NCBI GenBank assembly: GCA_964650645.1
Contig: CAZYUH010000001.1
Coordinates: forward strand, 79,373 to 143,372
Direction of reading: 5' to 3'
Source of the DNA: an uncultured Candidatus Saccharibacteria bacterium
GTDB lineage: Bacteria; Patescibacteriota; Minisyncoccia; Phycocordibacterales; SBAW01
Length of the DNA: 64,000 nt
In this document: positions 40,816 through 50,272 of the stretch, piece after piece
Layout of the letters: each line of letters starts with the position of its first letter
Numbering within the stretch: the first letter of the stretch is position 1
Notes under the pieces: generated by a model
Databases searched by the model: none
Seen by the model: the letters and a program-made list of their open reading frames with translations, nothing else
What the model was told of the DNA's origin: nothing
Position numbers and translations under genes: made by a program

Positions 40816-41847
40816 CTAGAACTGAACAAAAATCTGCTTATGATCCGAATCAATCCTTATTTGATTACCATAAGGCATTGGTATTTGCGGTTCGGTGTGC
40901 CCAAAGTCCATATTCTGCACAATAGGTATTTCCTTGTTATACGCTCGTACTGTTTTAACTATTACTTCTTGCTGTTCTTTCCGATAGGCATCTCGCTCTT
41001 CTGGATTTCGAAGCTTATCAAATTCACGAGCCTTAGCTCGTCCAACAACTACTCCTTTGATTCGTTCAAGGATGCCTCGTTCTCCAAACGCCCTAAAGAC
41101 TCGATTTACATAGTCAGCCGAAGGTATTTCTTCAGAAGTTTCCATCATGAGTACAATATTCTCAAATTGTTCTAGCGACGGAATCTGTACTCCGTGTCGT
41201 AACATTTCGTCAACTGACTCTACACAACCACCCCAGAGCAAGCCCTCACCATTTTTATTACCATCCCAAGACCAACCTGCATTTGGCTCATATTCACGTT
41301 CTTTGTCTAATTGAGTTTTGTCACCCCAATCCAGTCCAAGATCATTGAAGGACTCGCTGGGTAGTAGCTCAAATTCACCATCATCAAACAGAGCATGCTT
41401 TATGTACTTAACCGTGTACGGATTCATTTCTTTTTGATGTGCAAATTGTGTAAATAACGCCGCTCCGTAAAAGGATGGAGTTCCATTTAAAAAAAGAAAA
41501 TTAGCAAAGTGAGAATTGTCGCTAAAGCCAAAGAAAGGTTTTGGATTATTTGCAAATGGTTCACTTGGTAGGTTTTTAACATAGGTCACCTGAATATCCC
41601 CACCAAGCGTTGAAATGACAGCTTTTATATTTGGGTCAGAGAAAGCAGCGATTAGATCGTTAGCTTTCTCTTCCAGAGTAGCGTCTAACTTTGCTGTGGC
41701 AGGGTATTCTATCGGCTCAAGCTCAAAGATCTCTCGAAGACGTTTTAAACCAAGTTCGTGTACATGCGGCCAAACAGCAGAAGCAGCGAAGCTTGGTGAA
41801 ATGATTGCTACCTTGTCTCCTTTTTTTAGTTTCGATAACTCTTTCAT
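40816..41847 (-). CDS. S66 LD-carboxypeptidase/MccF-like peptidase
   Basis: LKKGDKVAIISPS, PKPFFGFSDN, METSE, DFGHTEPQ. Confidence 0.92.
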   Translation of the reverse strand: MKELSKLKKGDKVAIISPSFAASAVWPHVHELGLKRLREIFELEPIEYPATAKLDATLEEKANDLIAAFSDPNIKAVISTLGGDIQVTYVKNLPSEPFANNPKPFFGFSDNSHFANFLFLNGTPSFYGAALFTQFAHQKEMNPYTVKYIKHALFDDGEFELLPSESFNDLGLDWGDKTQLDKEREYEPNAGWSWDGNKNGEGLLWGGCVESVDEMLRHGVQIPSLEQFENIVLMMETSEEIPSADYVNRVFRAFGERGILERIKGVVVGRAKAREFDKLRNPEERDAYRKEQQEVIVKTVRAYNKEIPIVQNMDFGHTEPQIPMPYGNQIRIDSDHKQIFVQF

Positions 41848-41851
41848 AGAT

Positions 41852-42424
41852 TTAAAAATTTACTCTGCTCTTGATTAAATCAAACATCTTTTGATACCCC
41901 TGAGCATTTGGATGAAGTCCGTCAGCAAGGTCTGAGGTAGTATCCAAAACATCAAACATATCAATGAATTGGAAGCCGTGCTTGTCAGCTGTATCTTTCA
42001 TGACTGTATTGTATTTCTGAATTTCATCATTGAGAAAACGACTGCCCTTTGCCGAACGCCACTCGTCATTAACCTTGGTTGCACCGATGACGGTGATTTT
42101 GTTGGTAAAAGCTTTTGCTTGTGTGATGAGTTCTTCAAGGTTCTTCTGATAGTTAGTCAAAGGGACCTTATTAACATCAGACTCGTTCGGGTACTTTGAG
42201 TCATTGATACCGATAGCAAAAATTATATCTGACGGCTCTATCACTCCCGCTTCGATACTGAATCTTTTCAAAAGGTCTTCGCTAGTCTCGCCACATACAC
42301 CAAAGTTGTATAGATGACCGTAATCATCTGAAGATAGTGTTTTTCGTAGTCTTCCAGCCCAGCCCAAAGCTTCGCTATCGCAAGAGCCAAAAGTGATACT
42401 GTCTCCCCATACGCCGATTGTCAT
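41852..42424 (-). CDS. SGNH/GDSL hydrolase
   Basis: GDSIT, GIND, DGLHPN. Confidence 0.92.
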   Translation of the reverse strand: MTIGVWGDSITFGSCDSEALGWAGRLRKTLSSDDYGHLYNFGVCGETSEDLLKRFSIEAGVIEPSDIIFAIGINDSKYPNESDVNKVPLTNYQKNLEELITQAKAFTNKITVIGATKVNDEWRSAKGSRFLNDEIQKYNTVMKDTADKHGFQFIDMFDVLDTTSDLADGLHPNAQGYQKMFDLIKSRVNF

Positions 42425-42712
42425 AATTAGATTATATCAAAATTACTTCAATCTCGTTGTCTCTTATAAAAATGATACTTTTTGACGATTTTCCTGATCG
42501 ACAATGTGTGAAATATAGAACTATATGGCGATAAATAAGTCGACTTTCCGACAATTTCATTTCGCAGTGCGATATCCACTCTCCAACGAGAACGACGGAT
42601 GTATAATGCAAGTACAAAAGGATCTACACAGCGGGTGACCTCTTAAATGACGGCCTGCGTATCTCTCGAAAGGATACGTGGGCCTTTTGCTTATTACCTA
42701 AGCAAAAACACA

Positions 42713-42853
42713 ATGGAACAACTACAGTGGCATAACGAAGAACGAAAGGTCGATGACCTCCTTCCTCACGGGAAGAGCCCACGCAAAATCTCCAAGGAGC
42801 AGATGGCGAACCTCAAGAAGAGCCTTAGAATCTCCGAGGATATATTTACCTAA
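42713..42853 (+). pseudogene. Truncated ParB/Srx-like N-terminus (phage/MGE type)
   Basis: MEQLQWHNEERKVDDLLPHGKSPRKISKEQMANLKKSL followed by an early stop. Confidence 0.55.
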
Positions 42854-42876
42854 AGTTGTTTGATAAAGCACCTTTT

Positions 42877-43197
42877 TCATATGACTTCAATTGGATACAC
42901 ATCGGTTGCTGGCTCTTCGTATGGATGTGCGTCTCGAATCGCTTTTAGAACATCCTGAAGCTTGTCTTGTGAGCAAACTGTCTCAATACGCTCTTCAAGA
43001 ACCTCTTCGATTTTACCCACAGACCCGATTGTAGGATTCGCACCCTCCTCCGGTTTAAAACGACCTACACCTTTGAGAGTGAACGTGCAGTGGGAGTAGT
43101 TACCAATCTTTCCAGCACCAGCGTTACCCATAGCTTCACGCAATTTATCCGCATGGGATTCTGGGACATATACGACTATTTTGTAACGCTTTTCCAT
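42877..43197 (-). CDS. YqfO/NIF3 PII-like insertion-domain protein
   Basis: YKIVVYVP..AGAGKIGNYSHC..HPYEEPA. Confidence 0.88.
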   Translation of the reverse strand: MEKRYKIVVYVPESHADKLREAMGNAGAGKIGNYSHCTFTLKGVGRFKPEEGANPTIGSVGKIEEVLEERIETVCSQDKLQDVLKAIRDAHPYEEPATDVYPIEVI

Positions 43198-43252
43198 GGC
43201 TTTAATTGTATCGCGTTTGGAACAAAACCGCCTCAGCGGCGGTTTTGTTCAT

Positions 43253-43377
43253 CGACGCGTCTCGTGCGCGATAACCTCGCACGACTTGGCTGGCCGTCTC
43301 GGGTTCGAACTTTTCTGCATCAAGCCCTGCTTAGTCCGTTTAGCGGGTTTTCAAGTTGGAAACCGACGCGTCTTGTG
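43253..43377 (-). repeat. att-like unit: core, degenerate tRNA-Gln 3' end, hairpin, core
   Basis: Minus strand GTTCGAACCCGAGACGGCCAGCCA (43287-43310) versus the tRNA-Gln end GTTCGAATCCTAGTCTGGCAGC; hairpin TCGTGCG..CGCACGA shared with 43998-44023. Confidence 0.8.
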
Positions 43378-43468
43378 ATATTGACAAAACTATATAAACC
43401 TGTATAATACTACAAGTAGTATTTCTGTTCCCACCATTTCCAGCCAGCCCTAAGGAGGGGCATATACC

Positions 43469-43846
43469 ATGACCAAGACTTCCCGTGATGTCCTCAGCCA
43501 GCTTGGCATTCTTTCCGCCGCCGTGGCCCTAATGTTCTGCGTCGCGGCACTCAACGCCAAGTCGTTGCCGCAGGCGGTCGTCACCGAATCCGGCATCGAG
43601 AACGCAATGATCGCCGAACCGGGCGCCATCCGCGACGGCCTGCCCGTCGGCGTCTCGCTCGCTCGATACAGCGTCACGACCGGCAAGGTGGTTACCATCT
43701 ATGGCAAGCCGATCACGACCTTCTGCAAGAGCGCCGGCTTCCCGAGCCACCAGATCCGTTGTCGAGATACCGCGTCGCCGTTCGACCTAAACGTCGCCGG
43801 TACGCAGCAGGCTGTCCGTCTCGGTCCCTGGTATACAGCCTCCTGA
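43469..43846 (+). CDS. Hypothetical secreted protein
   Basis: TTGACA-N17-TATAAT at about 43381-43408, SD AAGGAGG, signal-like N-terminus. Confidence 0.7.
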   Translation: MTKTSRDVLSQLGILSAAVALMFCVAALNAKSLPQAVVTESGIENAMIAEPGAIRDGLPVGVSLARYSVTTGKVVTIYGKPITTFCKSAGFPSHQIRCRDTASPFDLNVAGTQQAVRLGPWYTAS

Positions 43847-43997
43847 CCGAGGACTCAAACGAACCCCGCCCGGACGTGATTTATTTCACGGCCGGGCGGT
43901 TCTTCTTTATTGCTTATGTTTCAGGTCTATATTTACATTCTATCGCTTTCAGCAATTTTGCTAAGCGATGCGTTTCGGGCGCTCAAGACCCGTAGGT

Positions 43998-44146
43998 GTC
44001 TCGTGCGCCAGAACCTCGCACGAATTGGCTGCCAGACTAGGATTCGGTCAAGAACATTTTTCTGCGCCGTCGCTTGAAAAATTTCTCGACCCTGCCGCCG
44101 CGACCCGGCCCGCTGGCCGGGTGCCCGCGGCCGCTTTCGAATCCCA
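43998..44146 (-). repeat. tRNA-Gln-associated structured element ending in a duplicate tRNA 3' end
   Basis: gctgccagactaggattcg at 44028-44046 is identical to 44204-44222; inverted T-loop copy at 44136-44145; internal hairpins. Confidence 0.85.
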
Positions 44147-44155
44147 GCGCGGCAG

Positions 44156-44201
44156 AAAAACAACATGCCCGCGGAGGCATGCTCCGCGAGCATTTGTTTT
44201 T
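44156..44201 (-). terminator. Hairpin/T-tract after tRNA-Gln
   Basis: atgctcgcggag-catgc-ctccgcgggcat followed by gttgttttt. Confidence 0.6.
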
Positions 44202-44204
44202 TTG

Positions 44205-44275
44205 CTGCCAGACTAGGATTCGAACCTAGATAAACGGATTCAGAGTCCGTTGTCCTACCATTAGACGATCTGGCA
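44205..44275 (-). tRNA. tRNA-Gln(CTG)
   Basis: TGCCAGA acceptor, anticodon loop ctCTGaa, GGTTCGAATCC. Confidence 0.95.
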
Positions 44276-44311
44276 ATACCCAGCCACGATAGCAAAAAAC
44301 GGCCGTTTTCG

Positions 44312-45952
44312 CTAGGCGACCTGGCGCTCGTTCGCCGCTTTTACAAAAGCCATAAAAAGCGGGTGCGGGGACAGCGGGCGCGAGAGGAATTCGGGGTGGA
44401 ACTGCGTCGCTAGCATGAACGGGTGGTCGGCTTTCGGGAGCTCGGCGATCTCGCACAGATTATGCTCGGGATTCATGCCGCTGAACACAAGCCCCGCCGC
44501 CGCGAGCCGCTCGACGTACTCGGGGTTCACTTCGTAGCGGTGGCGGTGGCGCTCCTTTATTTCCGCCTTGCCGTACGCCTCGCGGGCGATGGTGCCGTCC
44601 TTGAGCGCGCAGGCGTAGGAGCCCAGGCGCATCGTGCCGCCGTAATCGCCCTTGGCCAGCATGTCCTTCTGCCCCGGCATGATGTCGATGAGCACGTGCG
44701 GCGCGTCCTTGTCTATCTCGGCGGTGTTGGCGCCCTCGAGCCCCGCCTTGTGGCGCGCGTACTCGACCACCATGAGCTGCATGCCGTAGCACAGGCCGAA
44801 GTACGGGATGCGGTTCTCGCGGGCGTACCGCGCCGCCGCGATGATGCCCTCGACGCCGCGCGTGCCGAATCCGCCCGGCACGAGTATCCCGTTGTAGCCC
44901 GAAAGCTCCTTGAGCTTTTCGGGATCCTTCTCGTATTCCTCCGAGTCGAGGTACGAAAGCTCTATCTTCGCGCCGTTGTGGTAGCCGGCGGCCTTGACGG
45001 CCTCCAGCACGGAAATATAGGAATCGGCCAGCACGTAGTCGCCCGTCTCGAAGTACTTGCCCACTACGGCCACTTTGAGCGTTTTTGACGCGCCCTGCGC
45101 CAAGGCGCAGAACGCCTCCCACTCGCTCAAGTCGGTGGGACGCTTGTCGAGCCCCAGCACGTCGCACAGTATGTCGCCCATGCCGTCTTTCTCGTAATTG
45201 AGCGGCACGTCGTAAATGCTCTTTACGTCGGGGGCCGAGATGACGCGCTCGGGGCTCACGTTGCAGAAGGTGGCTATCTTCTCCTTGCGCTTGTCATCCA
45301 AAGGCACCGCCGCGCGCGCCAATATGACGTCGGCCTGCACGCCGGTGGAGTTGAGCTCGCGGCTGGCGTGCTGGGTGGGCTTCGTCTTCATCTCGCCGAT
45401 ATTGCCCGGGATGGGCACGTAGGACAGCAGTACCACGGCGACGTCAGCAGGGTGCATCTGGCGCAGCATGCGCGCCGATTCTATGAACAGGATGTTCTCG
45501 TACTCGCCCACCGTGCCGCCCACCTCGATAATGGAGACGTCCGCGCCCGCGGTAGCCTGCGCCTCCTTGATGCGGCGTATGACCTCCAAAGGGACGTCGG
45601 GCACCACCTGCACGTTGCGGCCCTTGTACTCCAAGTTGCGCTCGCGGCGTATCACCTCCTGGTACACGCGGCCGGTCGTCATGTAGTTGACGCTCGGCAG
45701 GGTTTCGTCCAGGAAGCGCTCGTAGTTGCCCATATCCTGGTCGGTCTCGTAGCCGTCCTCCATGACAAACACCTCGCCGTGCTCGGTCGGGTTCATCGTG
45801 CCGGCGTCGACGTTTATGTACGGGTCAATTTTAAGCGCGGTGACCCTGTAGCCCTTTGACTTGAGTATCCGCCCTATTGAAGAGGTAGCGATCCCTTTCC
45901 CTATCCCCGACATCACGCCCCCGACCACGAAGATATACTTGGGATTCGCCAT
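44312..45952 (-). CDS. pyrG: CTP synthase
   Basis: KYIFVVGGVMSGIGKG, KTKPTQ, GLCYGMQ, RHRHRYE, QFHPE. Confidence 0.97.
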   Translation of the reverse strand: MANPKYIFVVGGVMSGIGKGIATSSIGRILKSKGYRVTALKIDPYINVDAGTMNPTEHGEVFVMEDGYETDQDMGNYERFLDETLPSVNYMTTGRVYQEVIRRERNLEYKGRNVQVVPDVPLEVIRRIKEAQATAGADVSIIEVGGTVGEYENILFIESARMLRQMHPADVAVVLLSYVPIPGNIGEMKTKPTQHASRELNSTGVQADVILARAAVPLDDKRKEKIATFCNVSPERVISAPDVKSIYDVPLNYEKDGMGDILCDVLGLDKRPTDLSEWEAFCALAQGASKTLKVAVVGKYFETGDYVLADSYISVLEAVKAAGYHNGAKIELSYLDSEEYEKDPEKLKELSGYNGILVPGGFGTRGVEGIIAAARYARENRIPYFGLCYGMQLMVVEYARHKAGLEGANTAEIDKDAPHVLIDIMPGQKDMLAKGDYGGTMRLGSYACALKDGTIAREAYGKAEIKERHRHRYEVNPEYVERLAAAGLVFSGMNPEHNLCEIAELPKADHPFMLATQFHPEFLSRPLSPHPLFMAFVKAANERQVA

Positions 45953-45960
45953 TCCGCCTA

Positions 45961-46890
45961 CTATATCTTGAGGTAGCGGCGCACGGCAAGGAACGAGGCT
46001 ATCGCGCCCAGGACGACGCCGGTGCCGACGATGACGCCGAAGAACATGAGGAAGTGCGACAGGTAGTACTGGAAGACGTTGACGCCGCCGAAGAAGCTGG
46101 CCGTCGCCGCGCCGAGCCACCAGGTGAGCGGGTAGAACAGGAGGAGCGTTATGATGCCCGCCACCAGGCCGTAGAGCATGCCCTCTATCATGAAGGGCGC
46201 GCGGATGAAGAAGCTACCCGCGCCCACGAGCCGCATGACGTGGATTTCGTCGCGCGAGCTGTATATGGCAAGCCGCAGGGTGTTGAACGAGATAGCGATG
46301 GTCGTGATGATGAGGATGGCGATGACGATGAGCCCCAGGCGCTGGGCCGAGTCGGTCACGCTCTGGAGGCGGTCGAGCGCGACGCGGTACTTGGCGTCAT
46401 AGAAGCTTATCTTGTCTATGGAAGTGGCGGCACCCTCGGTGGTGTCCTGGTCCTGGGCGAACTGCGCTATCGCCTCGTACTGGGAGATGTCGCGCGCGCG
46501 CACCTGGAGCGACGCCTCGAGCGGGTTCTGCCCCAGCTCTTCTAATGCCTGGAGCGCCAGCTGGTCGTCCTTGTAACGCTCGCGGAACTGCGCCAGCGCC
46601 TCGTCGCGCGACACGTAGCCGACCGAGACGACCTCGGGGCGCGCCTCAAGCGCGGACTTCAGCGAGAGGATGCGGTCCTCGGGCGTGTCCGTCAGGAAGT
46701 AGACGCTCACGTCGACCTTGTTCCTCAGCTCGCTGATGGTGGAGTTGAGCATCACGCCCGCGAATATGGTGATGCCCACGGCGAAGAGCGTCACGGTCAT
46801 GACGAGGATGGAGGCGAAGGAGACGAACGCGTTGCGCCAGAAGTCGAGGAAGCCTGCGCGGAATATCCTTTTTATGGTCACCCATTTCAT
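45961..46890 (-). CDS. ftsX: Cell division permease FtsX
   Basis: Four TM segments, NTLRLAIYSSRDEIHVMRLVGA..IRAPF; follows ftsE. Confidence 0.93.
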   Translation of the reverse strand: MKWVTIKRIFRAGFLDFWRNAFVSFASILVMTVTLFAVGITIFAGVMLNSTISELRNKVDVSVYFLTDTPEDRILSLKSALEARPEVVSVGYVSRDEALAQFRERYKDDQLALQALEELGQNPLEASLQVRARDISQYEAIAQFAQDQDTTEGAATSIDKISFYDAKYRVALDRLQSVTDSAQRLGLIVIAILIITTIAISFNTLRLAIYSSRDEIHVMRLVGAGSFFIRAPFMIEGMLYGLVAGIITLLLFYPLTWWLGAATASFFGGVNVFQYYLSHFLMFFGVIVGTGVVLGAIASFLAVRRYLKI

Positions 46891-46905
46891 AATTGTAGAG
46901 GTAGG

Positions 46906-47586
<681 letters not shown>

Positions 47587-47601
47587 ACCAACCCGTGTAT
47601 T

Positions 47602-48474
47602 TTACCCTACTTTTTCCTTTTCCAAAAAGGGCTCTATATCCCCTTCCAGCACTCCCTCGGCGTCATGCACCTCTGTGCCCGTGCGGTGGTCCTTGACAAG
47701 CTTGTACGGATGGAGGACATACGAGCGGATTTGCGAGCCCCACTCGATCTTCTTGCCGTCGGTCGCGAGGTCGGCGATGGCGTCCTTGCGCTCCTCTTCG
47801 AGCTGGCGCAGGAGCTTCGCTTTTACTATTGAAAGGGCCTTCTCGCGGTTGGCGCCCTGGGTGCGCTCGCCGTCGACGTGCGCCGAGATGCCGGTGGGAA
47901 GGTGCACGATGCGCACGGCGGTCTCGCGCTTGTTGACGTTCTGCCCGCCCGGGCCCGAGGAGCGCGCGACGGTAATCTCCAGGTCTTTCTCGTTAAGCTC
48001 GATGCCGGCGATTTTCTCGACTACGGGAAGGACTTCCACCAGGACGAACGAGGTCTGGCGCTTCTGGTTGGCGTTGAAGGGCGACTGCCGCACCAGGCGG
48101 TGCACGCCGTACTCGCCCTTAATGGCGCCGTACGCGCCCTTGCCGCTTATTTCGAAGCTCGCGTTGCGGTAGCCGCCGTGGTCGTTCACGTTCGAATGGA
48201 GTTCGCGCATGCCCCAGCCGCGCTTCTCAAAGAATTTGCGGTACATCTCGACGAGCATGCGGGCAAAGTCCTCGGCGTCGGCGCCGCCCGCGCCCGACAC
48301 GAACGAGAGTATCGCGCCGCCGCGGTCGTAGGCGCTGCCGCCCTCGGCTTGCGCCTTCAGCTCCTGCAGCTCCTTTATGAACGCCTGCGCCTCGGCCGGG
48401 TTCTGCCAGAAGTCCGGCGCGGCCATCGCGCCTTCGAGTTCCCTGATGCGGTTTTCCAACTCGGCCTTATCCAC
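47602..48474 (-). CDS. prfB: Peptide chain release factor 2 (shortened, 290 aa)
   Basis: [11 protein letters not shown] (SPF), [18 protein letters not shown]. Confidence 0.93.
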   Translation of the reverse strand: MDKAELENRIRELEGAMAAPDFWQNPAEAQAFIKELQELKAQAEGGSAYDRGGAILSFVSGAGGADAEDFARMLVEMYRKFFEKRGWGMRELHSNVNDHGGYRNASFEISGKGAYGAIKGEYGVHRLVRQSPFNANQKRQTSFVLVEVLPVVEKIAGIELNEKDLEITVARSSGPGGQNVNKRETAVRIVHLPTGISAHVDGERTQGANREKALSIVKAKLLRQLEEERKDAIADLATDGKKIEWGSQIRSYVLHPYKLVKDHRTGTEVHDAEGVLEGDIEPFLEKEKVG

Positions 48475-48475
48475 T

Positions 48476-48551
48476 TGGAGCCAGAGGCCGGGATTGAACC
48501 GGCGACCTGCGGTTTACGATACCGCCGCTCTACCAACTGAGCTACTCTGGC
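48476..48551 (-). tRNA. tRNA-Thr(CGT) with encoded CCA
   Basis: GCCAGAG acceptor, loop atCGTaa, GGTTCAATCC, ends TCCA. Confidence 0.95.
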
Positions 48552-48588
48552 ACTCGCTAGCCTACCCAACGCAGCCCACGCTAACGTG

Positions 48589-48661
48589 AGCCGAAGGCCG
48601 GAATCGAACCGGCGACCTACTCCTTACCATGGAGTTGCTCTACCGACTGAGCTACTTCGGC
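48589..48661 (-). tRNA. tRNA-Thr(GGT)
   Basis: GCCGAAG acceptor, loop atGGTaa, GGTTCGATTCC. Confidence 0.95.
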
Positions 48662-48719
48662 GCGAACCCTGCTACAGTAGCCCATTTCAAGCCGTTTTTC
48701 AACGGCTGGCGCCCCGCCC

Positions 48720-48854
48720 CTACACCGAGCCCACCAGGCTGCGGGCGAACTCAAGCACGAGGTTGAGTATCGATATGAAGAACGTGATGACCAGCGTCAG
48801 GAACTGGAGCAGGAAATCCAATATGATGTGGAAAAAATTGCTTATGGCGTCCAT
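48720..48854 (-). CDS. 44-aa small hydrophobic protein
   Basis: Not in the ORF track: MDAISNFFHIILDFLLQFLTLVITFFISILNLVLEFARSLVGSV; TATACT 6 nt before ATG; host-like codons. Confidence 0.65.
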   Translation of the reverse strand: MDAISNFFHIILDFLLQFLTLVITFFISILNLVLEFARSLVGSV

Positions 48855-48944
48855 GGGGGTAGTATACCAACCTTTTGCAAGCACTGAAAATAATAAAGCC
48901 CCGCACGCAAGCGTGCGGGGCTGCCTCTGGTGCTTCCGAAAAAT

Positions 48945-49163
48945 TTACAGCTTAGAGCGGTTGAAAGATATCATTTCCGCGAGGAGCTGGTTCTTGACAA
49001 CCTCGACCGCGCGTTCGTAATTCGCGCTGCCGCGGGGAAGATGCGCGTTTGTCTGCTCAACGAACCTTTCAGCGTGCCAATATACGTCGCAGACGATATT
49101 GGGCACCGCGCTGTGATAGCGGATATCATGAAAGTAGCTGTACCCGCACTCTGCCGTTCTCAT
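48945..49163 (-). CDS. Hypothetical protein
   Basis: 72-aa ORF, TTGACA upstream, AAGGGG SD, hairpin downstream. Confidence 0.4.
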   Translation of the reverse strand: MRTAECGYSYFHDIRYHSAVPNIVCDVYWHAERFVEQTNAHLPRGSANYERAVEVVKNQLLAEMISFNRSKL

Positions 49164-49253
49164 TCTAAATCCCCTTCTGTTGATACTTCTGATTTTTATT
49201 ATATCATATACTCAATATTTGTCAATTACATGTAAGTGCGCCTTGTTAATAAG

Positions 49254-49527
49254 GATAGGACTTGGCCAAGCGCTCGCTCGTCGCCGTCGCAAGGAAAAGA
49301 AAAGACGGGACTTGGTCACAAGTCGGCTTTGGCCGTCGCCAAAGTCGCTCGCGACCCCGGAGTTCTGGTTTTTTGACGGGACTTGGTCAGGCGTTCCGAA
49401 TGCGCCGTAGAGGGAAAATACATACGGGCTTGGTCACCTCGAAATTTTGCCGTCGCAAAATTTCTCCTCGACCCCGGAATTCTGGTTTTTGCCGCTGCAA
49501 AAACATCAGAATTCCCTTCAAGTCCCG
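49254..49527 (-). repeat. tRNA-Asp-associated array of structured elements
   Basis: Repeats of gacgggacttggtca (49304, 49375; degenerate at 49254 and 49424), cgaccccgga(g/a)ttctggttttt (49352, 49469), hairpins capped by gccgtcgc, inverted T-loop copy at 49517-49527. Confidence 0.85.
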
Positions 49528-49590
49528 CCGCCGCATGCGGCTACAGTCATACGAACAAGACCGGCACGGAGCCGGTCTTGTTCGATGATG

Positions 49591-49664
49591 CGCGAGAGAC
49601 GGGACTTGAACCCGCAACCTCCGCCGTGACAGGGCGGCGCTCTAACCAGTTGAGCTACTCCCGC
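49591..49664 (-). tRNA. tRNA-Asp(GTC)
   Basis: GCGGGAG acceptor, loop ctGTCac, GGTTCAAGTCC. Confidence 0.95.
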
Positions 49665-49710
49665 AAACAGAACGATTCTACACCAAAACCCCCGTCCGGG
49701 AAACCCTCGC

Positions 49711-50121
49711 CTACCGGCGCGCCTTGCGCCGGACGCGCTCGTGCTCGATGGCGCTCCCGCGCTTCTCGTGCCTCTGCCTGAGCGCCCTGAACTCCTCCGC
49801 CAGCTTCTCAAGCTCGGCGTCGCTCATGTTCTCCACGTCTATGAGCGCGTCGCGCGCCGGGTCGTGCGCGCGGATGAGCTCGTCGAGCTTCAGGTGCACG
49901 GCGTGCGAGTCGCGGTTCTGGGTGTTCTGGATGAGGAACACCATGAGGAAGGTCAGTATCGTCGTGCCGGTGTTTATAACGAGCTGCCAAGTGTCCGAGT
50001 ACGCGAACACGGGGCCCGCGACCGCCCACGCCACTATGAGCAGGAACGCCATGACGAACGCCCACGACGTGCCCACGAGCTCGCTCGTCCTGTGCGCTAT
50101 GCGGCGGAAGAAATCCTGCAT
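49711..50121 (-). CDS. Low-affinity iron permease (Fet4-like) family protein
   Basis: WQLVINTGTTILTFLMVFLIQNTQNRD..KLDELI. Confidence 0.92.
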   Translation of the reverse strand: MQDFFRRIAHRTSELVGTSWAFVMAFLLIVAWAVAGPVFAYSDTWQLVINTGTTILTFLMVFLIQNTQNRDSHAVHLKLDELIRAHDPARDALIDVENMSDAELEKLAEEFRALRQRHEKRGSAIEHERVRRKARR

Positions 50122-50145
50122 GGCTTCCAGTATACGCCAGTTTTG

Positions 50146-50219
50146 TGTCGGGGGGCAGGATCGAACTGCCGACCTCAGCGTTATGAATGCTGTGCTCTAA
50201 CCGACTGAGCTACCCCGAC
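50146..50219 (-). tRNA. tRNA with CAT anticodon (elongator Met or Ile2)
   Basis: GTCGGGG acceptor, loop ttCATaa, AGTTCGATCCT. Confidence 0.9.
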
Positions 50220-50272
50220 ATACTCTGCCCGCGGCAAAGTGTCCTCAAAATAGCATTTTTCCCGCCGCGCGG

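Larger units (their letters stand above)
40407..43269. mobile_element. Low-GC cargo block bounded by perfect 17-bp direct repeats
   Basis: cgacgcgtctcgtgcgc at 40407-40423 and 43253-43269; visibly AT-rich interior; no integrase in the window. Confidence 0.7.

Noticed and set aside
49254-49527. CRISPR array call for the repeats near tRNA-Asp
   Set aside because: The repeats are short, degenerate tRNA-end copies with irregular spacing, and no cas genes are present.
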